A stretch of 41,872 bases of DNA, taken from the NCBI GenBank assembly GCA_029210805.1, contig JARGGA010000002.1:1-41872 (forward strand). The letters run 5' to 3'. Each line of letters opens with the position of its first letter. Position 1 is the stretch's first letter. Of the stretch, positions 23,921 to 32,563 are shown in pieces. The notes beneath the pieces were generated by a model. That model saw only the letters and a program-made list of their open reading frames with translations, was not told where the DNA came from and ran no database searches. The translations under genes were made by a program, and so were the position numbers. The DNA comes from Candidatus Thorarchaeota archaeon. GTDB taxonomy: Archaea > Asgardarchaeota > Thorarchaeia > Thorarchaeales > Thorarchaeaceae.

Positions 23921-25123
23921 ATGGAACTTCGTGTTGATTTTGCAATACTTGAGAATAATCCCGAGCTAGTATATTTTGATTCCGCAAGCACAACACTAGT
24001 GCCTAAGATTGCAGTGAATGCAGTTAATGATTTTTTAACTCACACAGTTGCATCTGCAAGGCGCGGTGCACACAGTATGGCAACAAGAGGTGCTACTGCG
24101 GTCGAGAACGCAAGGAAAACTATGGCAAACTTCCTAAATTCTGATACATCCCAAGTTTCATTCCAAAAGTCAATCCCATCTGCAATAGCATCATTTGCCT
24201 TTGGATACAATTGGCATTACAATAACAAAGATACTATAGTCATTGCAGAAAATGAAGAACATTCCGTCTTGGTCGCTTTGCAGAGAGTTGCACAGATTTT
24301 AAACTTGAAAATTAAAATAATCCCAATCAATGAAAACGGAACACTCGAAATTGAAACCCTCGCTGATTTGATTGATAAAAAAACAGGTATTGTAGCAGTT
24401 GGCACAACAACTGTAGGATGGGGTATCAATAATCCTGTTCACGTTATATCAAAAATAGCTCATGAGTATGAGGCGGTGGTCCTATCTGATATCAGTCGCT
24501 CTATAGCATTCAGTACGAAATCGCCTGAGCAAGAAGGAGTAGATATCGCCGTATTTTCTGGCAATGTTGGACTTATGGGACCTCCTGGATTGGCCGTTCA
24601 GTGGATTGAACGTACTCTTGGAACCTATCACATACCTGGAATCTTAGGAGGTTCAAGTGTAGCAAATGTTCAATCTACTGAATTCGAGTTGGCATTATTG
24701 CCTGATAAATTCGAATCAGGTATAATCAACGTTCCAGCGATTGTTGGACTTGATGCTGCCTTAAACTACCTTGAAGAGTTATATGCCAAATCTATGCAAA
24801 CTCATATGAAGAATATCTCGACCCACTTGCGAAAACGTCTATCTGCAATACCTGAAGTTGTGATGCTTAACAATACCAATGAAGAAACAACAATCTTTGG
24901 TTTCTATTTGGGAAGTGATGACGAAATTAGCTGTCACGATATCGCATTGTTCCTAGACGAATCTGGTATCGCTGTACGAAGTGGTTTACTATGTGCTCAT
25001 CCACTTGTGAAAAAAGTAGCATCCGAGGGAATAATCCAAATTTCGCTGCATGCCTACAACACTCTAGAAGAGATTGATCGCATTACCGATAGTTTGGAGA
25101 TTATTGCAAAAGATCTTGTTTGA
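23921..25123 (+). CDS. Class V aminotransferase, SufS/CsdA-like cysteine desulfurase homolog lacking the PLP lysine
   Basis: Collinear with SufS (YFDSASTT, ARRGAHS, RSGLLCAHP with the catalytic Cys). The SGHK motif reads SGNV. The start is trimmed to the ATG at 23921. Confidence 0.8.
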   Translation: MELRVDFAILENNPELVYFDSASTTLVPKIAVNAVNDFLTHTVASARRGAHSMATRGATAVENARKTMANFLNSDTSQVSFQKSIPSAIASFAFGYNWHYNNKDTIVIAENEEHSVLVALQRVAQILNLKIKIIPINENGTLEIETLADLIDKKTGIVAVGTTTVGWGINNPVHVISKIAHEYEAVVLSDISRSIAFSTKSPEQEGVDIAVFSGNVGLMGPPGLAVQWIERTLGTYHIPGILGGSSVANVQSTEFELALLPDKFESGIINVPAIVGLDAALNYLEELYAKSMQTHMKNISTHLRKRLSAIPEVVMLNNTNEETTIFGFYLGSDDEISCHDIALFLDESGIAVRSGLLCAHPLVKKVASEGIIQISLHAYNTLEEIDRITDSLEIIAKDLV

Positions 25124-25135
25124 TTGTTCGCTCCA

Positions 25136-25405
25136 CTATAGAATGAACGCTGGAGGATATGTTACGAAATACTGTATAACAATAGCAAGCATTATACCAC
25201 TAAAAACAAGACCTTTCCCTCGCTTAGAATTCACCTCAGTGAACCATAAGATTGCACCGACCAACACTACAATTACTGCTGAAATTCTGCCTATGAATAT
25301 TAGAAATTCCCATATTTCTGCAAAATATCCCGCAATGAGGTTAGCGAAATCGGTTAATGGTGTTTGAAGTATGTAGAACATTGGTTTCACACAATGAAAT
25401 ATCAC
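25136..25405 (-). CDS. Small two-TM membrane protein (VirB2/TrbC-like layout)
   Basis: Two hydrophobic helices (ISAVIVVLVGAILWF and LVFSGIMLAIVIQYFV) separated by the basic loop TEVNSKRGKG. The resemblance to conjugative pilins is by pattern only. Confidence 0.45.
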   Translation of the reverse strand: MIFHCVKPMFYILQTPLTDFANLIAGYFAEIWEFLIFIGRISAVIVVLVGAILWFTEVNSKRGKGLVFSGIMLAIVIQYFVTYPPAFIL

Positions 25406-25426
25406 TCGATAGACAATATAAGCCCC

Positions 25427-27250
25427 TCATAGTACAGTTACGGATTTTGCCAAGTTTCGAGGTTTATCGGGATCATACCCTTTCCGGGTAGCCATATAGT
25501 AACTGAATAACTGTAATGGGACAATGTATGGCATGATAGAGAATTCTGGTTCAACACCATGTGGAATCGAAAAGAGCTCATTGGAAAGAAACTCCAATTC
25601 GGTGTCTTCTTCTTCAATAACCGATATTATTGAGGCACCTCTTGCTTTCATCTCCATTATATTACCTATCAATCTAGAACGAGTATTATCGTTGGGAGCT
25701 ACAAATATGACCGGATAACCATCTTCTACCAATGCGATAGGTCCATGTTTTGATTCACCAGCGGAGTAGCCCTCCGCATGATTGTAAGCGATCTCTTTAA
25801 GCTTCAGAGCACCCTCATAAGCCGTTGCCATGGAAATACCTCGTCCTAAAAACAACATACTAGGATGCATATAGTACTCTCCGGCTATGCGTCTTGCATT
25901 TGCCTCTTGAGTAGCAATTACACTCGAAACTATATCAGGCAGTCTACCAAGTGATTCCCTTTTTCGCGATATTATCTCACTATCAATAAATGAACTACGA
26001 TGTCCAGCAGCTAGAGCGATTTGAGCAAGAGAGGCTAGCTGAACCATGAAAGTTTTGGTGGCTGCTACACCTATCTCAGGACCCGCCTGCGTAATTATTG
26101 TATGATCTGCCAGTCGTGTAATCGAGCTACCTACAACGTTTGTAATGGCCAATATTTTGGAGCCCAGTTTTTTCGCATACTTGGCAGCAACTATGGTATC
26201 AGTAGTTTCACCCGATTGAGTGATTGCGACCACAAGATCAGTGTCATTGATTGCGCCATATACAGTATCCTGAAACTCACTTGCCAGTTCAAGCGAAGGA
26301 AGGATGCCACTTAGAGAGGCGAACATATGCCGCCCAGCCAATGCTGCATGACCCGAGGTTCCCATTGCAAGAAAGTAAGTCTTGTCAGCATTCAGTATCA
26401 ATTCTGCAGCCTTGTCAATTGCCTCTTGTGGCAATCTCAATGTATTAGCAATAGCTTCTGGCTGTTCGTGAATTTCCTTCAGCATAAAATGAGGAAATCC
26501 ACCTTTTTGCGCTTGATCAGCTGTCCAGCTAATCTTGATGGTTTTGCGATTTACTTGTGAACCATCAGAGAGCTTCTCAAACTCGATGCCATCAAGTGTC
26601 AGTGTTGCAATCTCTCCATCGAGCAATAACATCATATTATTAGTCATGGGTAAAAATGCGGGGATATCAGACGACACATAGGAAGTTGACCCCTTTCGTC
26701 CGATGACAAGGGGATTCCCATCTCGAGTGACAACTATTTTGTCAGGTTCGTTAATACACATTGCCACTACAGCATACGTGCCCTCAATCCGCTTTGTAAC
26801 ATACTTCACCGCTTCTTTCAGCGACATTCCGTCAGCGATACAATCTTCAATTAGATGAGGAATAACTTCTGTATCAGTTTCCGAATCAAATTTATGTCCC
26901 TTAGATAGAAGCTCTTCTCTAAGCGCAAGAAAGTTATCAATCACACCATTATGTACTACCGCCACCTCATTATTACAATCAAAGTGAGGGTGTGAATTGA
27001 ATAGTGATGGAATCCCATGAGTCGCCCATCTTGTATGTCCAATACCTATTCGGCCAGGTAAATCATCAAGATTGAGTTTCCTATGAACATCATCTATCTT
27101 ACCTTTATCTTTCTTTGAGTATAGTCTATCCATATCTATGGTGGTTACTCCTACAGAATCATACCCTCTGTACTCGAGTCTCTTCAATGCCTGATGAATG
27201 AAAGGTGCTACTTCTCCTTTCTCTTGTATGACTCCGATAATGCCACACAT
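25427..27250 (-). CDS. glmS: Glutamine--fructose-6-phosphate aminotransferase (isomerizing)
   Basis: Begins MCGIIG, so the Ntn catalytic Cys requires the ATG at 27250. Two SIS domains follow, with a C-terminal NLAKSVTV. GGTGAG lies 9 nt upstream. Confidence 0.95.
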   Translation of the reverse strand: MCGIIGVIQEKGEVAPFIHQALKRLEYRGYDSVGVTTIDMDRLYSKKDKGKIDDVHRKLNLDDLPGRIGIGHTRWATHGIPSLFNSHPHFDCNNEVAVVHNGVIDNFLALREELLSKGHKFDSETDTEVIPHLIEDCIADGMSLKEAVKYVTKRIEGTYAVVAMCINEPDKIVVTRDGNPLVIGRKGSTSYVSSDIPAFLPMTNNMMLLLDGEIATLTLDGIEFEKLSDGSQVNRKTIKISWTADQAQKGGFPHFMLKEIHEQPEAIANTLRLPQEAIDKAAELILNADKTYFLAMGTSGHAALAGRHMFASLSGILPSLELASEFQDTVYGAINDTDLVVAITQSGETTDTIVAAKYAKKLGSKILAITNVVGSSITRLADHTIITQAGPEIGVAATKTFMVQLASLAQIALAAGHRSSFIDSEIISRKRESLGRLPDIVSSVIATQEANARRIAGEYYMHPSMLFLGRGISMATAYEGALKLKEIAYNHAEGYSAGESKHGPIALVEDGYPVIFVAPNDNTRSRLIGNIMEMKARGASIISVIEEEDTELEFLSNELFSIPHGVEPEFSIMPYIVPLQLFSYYMATRKGYDPDKPRNLAKSVTVL

Positions 27251-27341
27251 ACTCTTCAACTCACCTTTTATGGAATGGCATTATTACCAATACTACATCT
27301 CTAGAAAGAGTTTGTGTTAGGCTAATGAGTGTGAAAATGGT

Positions 27342-27653
27342 TTATCGAGTCAACTCAATCTCGATATAGACTGAATCAGGAATTCTAACACGCATAATTT
27401 GTCGAATTGCTCTCTCATCAGCATCGATATCAATAAGTCGTTTATGAACCCTCATTTCCCACTTATCCCAAGACTCAGATCCCTGTCCACAAGGTGTCTT
27501 TCGCGTGGGAATGACCATTCTACGGGTAGGTAGCGGAATAGGACCTGACATACGTACGCCTGTTTTACGAGTAATTCTTCTAATTTGATTACAAACACCA
27601 TCAAGGTGTTCTGTACTCGTGCTGGATAGTCTAATTCTTGCTCTTTGGGTCAT
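27342..27653 (-). CDS. rps10: 30S ribosomal protein S10 (uS10)
   Basis: [24 protein letters not shown]...GPIPLPT...HKRLIDI. The start is trimmed to the ATG at 27653. Confidence 0.9.
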   Translation of the reverse strand: MTQRARIRLSSTSTEHLDGVCNQIRRITRKTGVRMSGPIPLPTRRMVIPTRKTPCGQGSESWDKWEMRVHKRLIDIDADERAIRQIMRVRIPDSVYIEIELTR

Positions 27654-27784
27654 TTTGGATCCCGCTCCGCTTCGGCAGGCGTTCAACCCAACGGAATGAG
27701 GTTAGGATAAAAACCTTGTCTTATGTGTTCGATTTTATTGATGAAGAGCAATCTCCATAAGCAGTATCCCTTATTTTCTATTCC

Positions 27785-28588
27785 GTGAGTCAATTGAACG
27801 AATTTGTTCTGGTGAAGCTTGGAGGCTCAGTAATCACAAAGAAAGATGTGATTCCTCCAGCAATCAATATTCCTGAAGTCATTCGAATTGCGAAGGAAAT
27901 TCAAGCATCAACAAAACCTTTGGTAATTGTACTGGGCGGTGGGGCATATGGACATCAAGCGGCTCACAAATATGGATTTGGAATCGCGGACACACCTGCA
28001 TCTAGACTACTTTCAGGCATTCCATCAATTAGACATAACATGAGCCTTCTATCAGGCGGGATTGAAACTATATTACAATCAGAAGGCGTTTCATCAGTTG
28101 TAATTCCTCCATTTCCTATAGTAACTCTTATCGACGGTGAGATAGAACGATTTCCTCTAGAAGTAATAACAAAGACACTAAATTCAGGCCACACCGTTAT
28201 TACTCATGGAGACGTTTGTTACGATAGCACCAGAGGAGCATCTATTCTGAGTGGAGATACTATAGTAGCGTATCTTGCAAATCAACTCAATACAAGCAGT
28301 GTTTTTGTTGGAACCAACGTTGATGGTGTCTTAGATGCAAATCCAAATGAAAATCCTAATGCACAGATTATTCCCACTATTAGTGAGCACAACAAGGAAC
28401 AAGTCATCCGAGTAGCTGGTCCATCAAGTTCTACAGACGTAACAGGAGGAATGGCGAAGAAGATACATGATCTTTTCCTAATATCACAAAAAGGAATCGA
28501 GGTTGCAATCTTCAATCTGTCTGTTCCAGGACGTCTTGAGGGTCTTCTGAAAGGTGATCAAGTTATCTGCACTCGGATTTTGGCTTAG
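27785..28588 (+). CDS. Isopentenyl phosphate kinase (amino-acid kinase fold)
   Basis: VKLGGSVITKK, LGGGAYGHQ and TDVTGGMAKKI. GTG start. Confidence 0.85.
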   Translation: MSQLNEFVLVKLGGSVITKKDVIPPAINIPEVIRIAKEIQASTKPLVIVLGGGAYGHQAAHKYGFGIADTPASRLLSGIPSIRHNMSLLSGGIETILQSEGVSSVVIPPFPIVTLIDGEIERFPLEVITKTLNSGHTVITHGDVCYDSTRGASILSGDTIVAYLANQLNTSSVFVGTNVDGVLDANPNENPNAQIIPTISEHNKEQVIRVAGPSSSTDVTGGMAKKIHDLFLISQKGIEVAIFNLSVPGRLEGLLKGDQVICTRILA

Positions 28589-31500
28589 ATAATAATCGAA
28601 GCCAAACCATCATCCATAGTCCTCATGATCAAGTTTGAAGGCGTGACAACACTATCATCAAGATACTCTGATGCAGTAAGAATACAAACCATCTCAGTAG
28701 ACTCACAAGTTCTGCATGCAATCTCACTATGAAGCCTCAGCAAAGTATTCAATTCCTGCTGTGTTGGAAAAACTGCATATGATTTCTTATCTGCACAAAG
28801 GTCATAGTAACCATGCCCCTGATGAACAACCATTGTTCGCTTTTTGAGTTCCTTCGTAAGTTCATGGATAGCTTGTTCTTTCAGATCTCTCAATACTGCG
28901 GTATTTACAATCCATAGCCCTTCCTCAATATCAACAAGTCGCTTATCCGTTCCCATTCTTACAGCTACTAACATTTCATCAGCTAACAACTCAGTGAGCG
29001 CTCTCCTGCCCTCTTCAGAATTCATGGGGGCCGCTCTTCCTTTTTTGGACTGTAACGCAGTTGTTTCAATGAATTCCAATAATGCTTCCCAGACAACTCG
29101 TCCTTTCGAAATATCAACAAAATCCTGGATTAACCCAAACCAAAGCCGCATCTGCACTGCACGACTAGTCGCTGGTCCCACATCATGTACTGCCTCTATT
29201 AAATCAATTCTAGTAGAATCAGGATCATTATCAGACAAATCAAGAAGATCTTTCTCGAGAGTATATGACTCCCCTATCAAGTCCATAATCAATTTGTCAA
29301 GAGAACTTGGAAACGCAGACACGACCGAAACGGCATCGAACTCTTCAGACTTATCTAAAATCTCTCTTAGTTTAGCTGCTGCTACACTACCTCGAATAAT
29401 CACGACAAGCTCCTTCACACCATTTCGGAGATTTCCCATATGATGACGAATTACCTCTACAACAGAATCGAAAGAAGATGCCCTCAGATGCTCTGGAATT
29501 ATTATTATTGCGGAATCATCAATTAAGATATCTGGGCCATCTTGGCCTTGATCATTGAGTTGGCAGCTTTCTCCTAGCCTGTCCAAAAGATAATTGGCAA
29601 TAACCTTCTTGACCGCAGAAAGCCCCTTTCCTGAAGCTGAATATACAAAGCCCCCGGATACAAGAGGGATTGCTTCGCGCTGGATTGTTGACAATGAAAC
29701 AAGGTCTCTGAGGATCTCTGTGACATCAGCATCTGACATCTTTGAATCAAGGGATTTCAGAAAACCTAGAATGTCATCTTGAGTTGTAATTTCTTGCGAT
29801 GCAAGAAGTGCTATAACATGGCTTGCAATTCCTCCAATTCTATCAAATACCTCTGATCTCTCACTCTCTTCTTGCACTGAATGCAACTTGCTTTCACTAG
29901 TTAGAACGGATACTGGTTCAAGAACCTCAATATCTTCGCTTTCCTCTGATGAGTGACGAACTGTTTCTTCAATGGAATCGATGTAATCATAGATTGTGAA
30001 TGGATCTGTTTCGATTTCGAATACATTACAGTGTGGCATCAGGATAAGAGCTCGTCCTCGTTGCATAGTTCTGAGATATTGCTCTTGATCTGGTTCTATT
30101 GACATAAAGCGTCCGCCAACTTGACTATCATAAGGAAGTCTGAAAGTAATTTTAGTTGACGTGTTTGCTAGAATATTAGTGGAAATGTTAGGACGTGTCG
30201 ATACAACAACGACCCCTTGTCCAGTAGCTCGCTGAAGCATAACCATTGATTCACCAGTAGTCACATCAGCGGCTGAATTTCTTGTGTAACTTTCAGGTAC
30301 AAGATTGCTTGCCTCCTCAAGTACAACTACATGGTGAAGCCCTGAAATAATACCTCTTTTCATTGCCGAATCAAAAATTCTCTTTGCTACAAGATTGTAG
30401 AGCAATCTTACCGAATCCATTCCACCCACCCGAGAAACATAGCGCAAATCAAATACAACACGTCTATTCATCAAGTTAGATATGCTGAATGCATTCGAGC
30501 CTCCTCTAAGTATCGACCCTAATGGTTCTCTAGTCAATATCTCCAATCTATTTAGTAGTGCATCTCTGGTCATCTGCCCTGTTCGGTCATTATTTGCAAT
30601 GGTATTTACCTTCTTTATGAGAAACTCCAAAGAATTGCCATTTGTTTCATGCAGAGCGGTTGCTGTAACCGCTTCACGGAGTAATTTCTCCATAGCTGGT
30701 GACAGCTCGGTAGAGCTATTCTCACGAAGTAACTCTCGTAGAAGAACGAATGTAGAATGAGCTTGATGAGAATCATTTTCAACATCGAAAAGGTCAATCA
30801 CAAACGCCGGGTCAAGTCCTGGCCGTAGAATGACAACATCATTCAATTTTGCCAAATCGGAATACTCCGAACCCTTGACATCAAAAATCCACCATGGGAC
30901 ATTTGTCTTGGTTGAAAGCTCGGTCATTAGTTTTTTCACAAGTGTAGTCTTTCCTGTTCCTGTTGCCCCAAGAATGGCAATATGTTCACGCAACCATTCA
31001 ATTTGCAAACCAACGGAGCCAAGTCGCTTTTCCCCATATATCGCCCAACCTATTGGAAGATCATTTTCAACATAATCACTAGATGGTATTTGGAAGAGTG
31101 GTATTTCGGCAGAAGCAATAACGGGCAGCTGTTGAACCGGTGTATTGACATATGCAGCCAAAGTATTAGCATGCAATCTCTGCTGTTTGACATGCCGTCG
31201 CATAAGCAGTCTGTATGACAATCTTTGACTTACCGACTTCTCATGTATTGATATTGAATCATCTCCTCCCCATATTGAGAGAAAAAGACCTCTTACTCCC
31301 TCAACATTCGACTTTAGCTCTGCAGGACTTTCCCCTCTAACAATAAGATAGAGCGATGAATCAAACCAACCAGAATTCTCATTAATCTCCTCATACCGCC
31401 CAAGTAATGCTCTCTTTTCCGCTTGATCAGCTAGAGAATCATCATTCGTCTTCTCCTTAGCTTTAATACTTCTCCATTTTCGTTCCATTGCCCTTCGTTC

Positions 31501-32433
31501 TCTACCCGGCTTTGCTTTGGAAAAAACAGATGTTAACGATAATGAGTAACCTTGTCTAAGTGCTGTTGAGATGAAAGTACCTATCTGTGAAGTTCTCTCT
31601 GTTGGAAACACTTTTGGATTGCCCTTTACTATTAGCATCTCTTCTTCTTCAGAATCACTCGATGTCTTCTTAAAACCATCAATTAACGATGCACCTGTAG
31701 AAGACTGGATTACCTTTGCTAATTCATCATTTTTGGCAAGATTGATTTCCACTCTCTCAAGCGATGCAAGAAGAATCGCTTCAGTTCTAGTTGCTTCTCT
31801 TCTAAGGATGTCCTTGATTTCATCCGCGTTATTTGCTGAGGTTGTTATGAAAATGCGAAGAAATGGTCTTCCAGACATCACTCCAACCTCATAGGCGAAG
31901 CTAGTCCTTCTATCCATGCCTGCACGTAGCGCAAGCAGCATCGCTGTGTTATACATCGGTTTTTCCCCGTAATTAATAACAGATCCCGCAGCTGTAGCTA
32001 GATTTAGGCATACTAAACCCAATGTCCGATCATAGACCTTGAGAAGTAAAAACTCATCATCCAGTACAATATCAATTCCTGTTTGAGATACACTATGCTT
32101 TGTAATCACACTACCAATGAGAAGTGGCAACAGACACAGAAATGTCTCGACAAATAATCTATTTGGAATCAAGACCGAATATGTGGCACCAAATAGAGGC
32201 ATCAGATATACAATCAATAGATAGACACCACTACCTATCATACATATAATCCAGCCAAGTCTGATTAGACTCATATGACGGTTACTTACAGTGAAATAAC
32301 CTGATTTACCCGGCTCAGGTCTAATGCGAATCATATCAAGATACCACGTATGGTTGCACTGGAATGCTATGCTATAGTATACCATAACACACTGCAGGAA
32401 TTTGTGTCCCACTATCCCATATGAACTACCCAC
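28585..32433 (-). CDS. Giant membrane-anchored HerA/FtsK/VirB4-superfamily (DUF87-type) ATPase with a C-terminal extension of about 500 aa
   Basis: Two N-terminal TM helices, Walker A ILGATGTGKTTL, FDVKGSEY, Walker B HHVVVLEEASNL and VVVVSTRPNIS...TKITFRL. The long acidic/helical C-terminus has winged-helix-like segments. The start is uncertain: GTG 32433, ATG 32385 or ATG 32334. Confidence 0.8.
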   Translation of the reverse strand: MGSSYGIVGHKFLQCVMVYYSIAFQCNHTWYLDMIRIRPEPGKSGYFTVSNRHMSLIRLGWIICMIGSGVYLLIVYLMPLFGATYSVLIPNRLFVETFLCLLPLLIGSVITKHSVSQTGIDIVLDDEFLLLKVYDRTLGLVCLNLATAAGSVINYGEKPMYNTAMLLALRAGMDRRTSFAYEVGVMSGRPFLRIFITTSANNADEIKDILRREATRTEAILLASLERVEINLAKNDELAKVIQSSTGASLIDGFKKTSSDSEEEEMLIVKGNPKVFPTERTSQIGTFISTALRQGYSLSLTSVFSKAKPGRERRAMERKWRSIKAKEKTNDDSLADQAEKRALLGRYEEINENSGWFDSSLYLIVRGESPAELKSNVEGVRGLFLSIWGGDDSISIHEKSVSQRLSYRLLMRRHVKQQRLHANTLAAYVNTPVQQLPVIASAEIPLFQIPSSDYVENDLPIGWAIYGEKRLGSVGLQIEWLREHIAILGATGTGKTTLVKKLMTELSTKTNVPWWIFDVKGSEYSDLAKLNDVVILRPGLDPAFVIDLFDVENDSHQAHSTFVLLRELLRENSSTELSPAMEKLLREAVTATALHETNGNSLEFLIKKVNTIANNDRTGQMTRDALLNRLEILTREPLGSILRGGSNAFSISNLMNRRVVFDLRYVSRVGGMDSVRLLYNLVAKRIFDSAMKRGIISGLHHVVVLEEASNLVPESYTRNSAADVTTGESMVMLQRATGQGVVVVSTRPNISTNILANTSTKITFRLPYDSQVGGRFMSIEPDQEQYLRTMQRGRALILMPHCNVFEIETDPFTIYDYIDSIEETVRHSSEESEDIEVLEPVSVLTSESKLHSVQEESERSEVFDRIGGIASHVIALLASQEITTQDDILGFLKSLDSKMSDADVTEILRDLVSLSTIQREAIPLVSGGFVYSASGKGLSAVKKVIANYLLDRLGESCQLNDQGQDGPDILIDDSAIIIIPEHLRASSFDSVVEVIRHHMGNLRNGVKELVVIIRGSVAAAKLREILDKSEEFDAVSVVSAFPSSLDKLIMDLIGESYTLEKDLLDLSDNDPDSTRIDLIEAVHDVGPATSRAVQMRLWFGLIQDFVDISKGRVVWEALLEFIETTALQSKKGRAAPMNSEEGRRALTELLADEMLVAVRMGTDKRLVDIEEGLWIVNTAVLRDLKEQAIHELTKELKKRTMVVHQGHGYYDLCADKKSYAVFPTQQELNTLLRLHSEIACRTCESTEMVCILTASEYLDDSVVTPSNLIMRTMDDGLASIII

Positions 32434-32563
32434 AGTTTTGTAATGGTTTCTAATCTGGCTCTATAGGAGATTAAAAGGAATTCAGGTTGACTCAGATAGG
32501 AAACAGATAGTTTACTTCAGTTTCGCTTGAGCATGGGGTCAGCCTTCCCCAAACAATAATCAC

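Noticed and set aside
28844-29443. 199-aa plus-strand ORF antisense to the giant ATPase, and likewise 6525-7031 antisense to atpD and 15804-16148 antisense to iorB
   Set aside because: These lie fully inside confidently assigned genes on the other strand. Their Ser/Arg/Ile-rich composition is typical of antisense frames.
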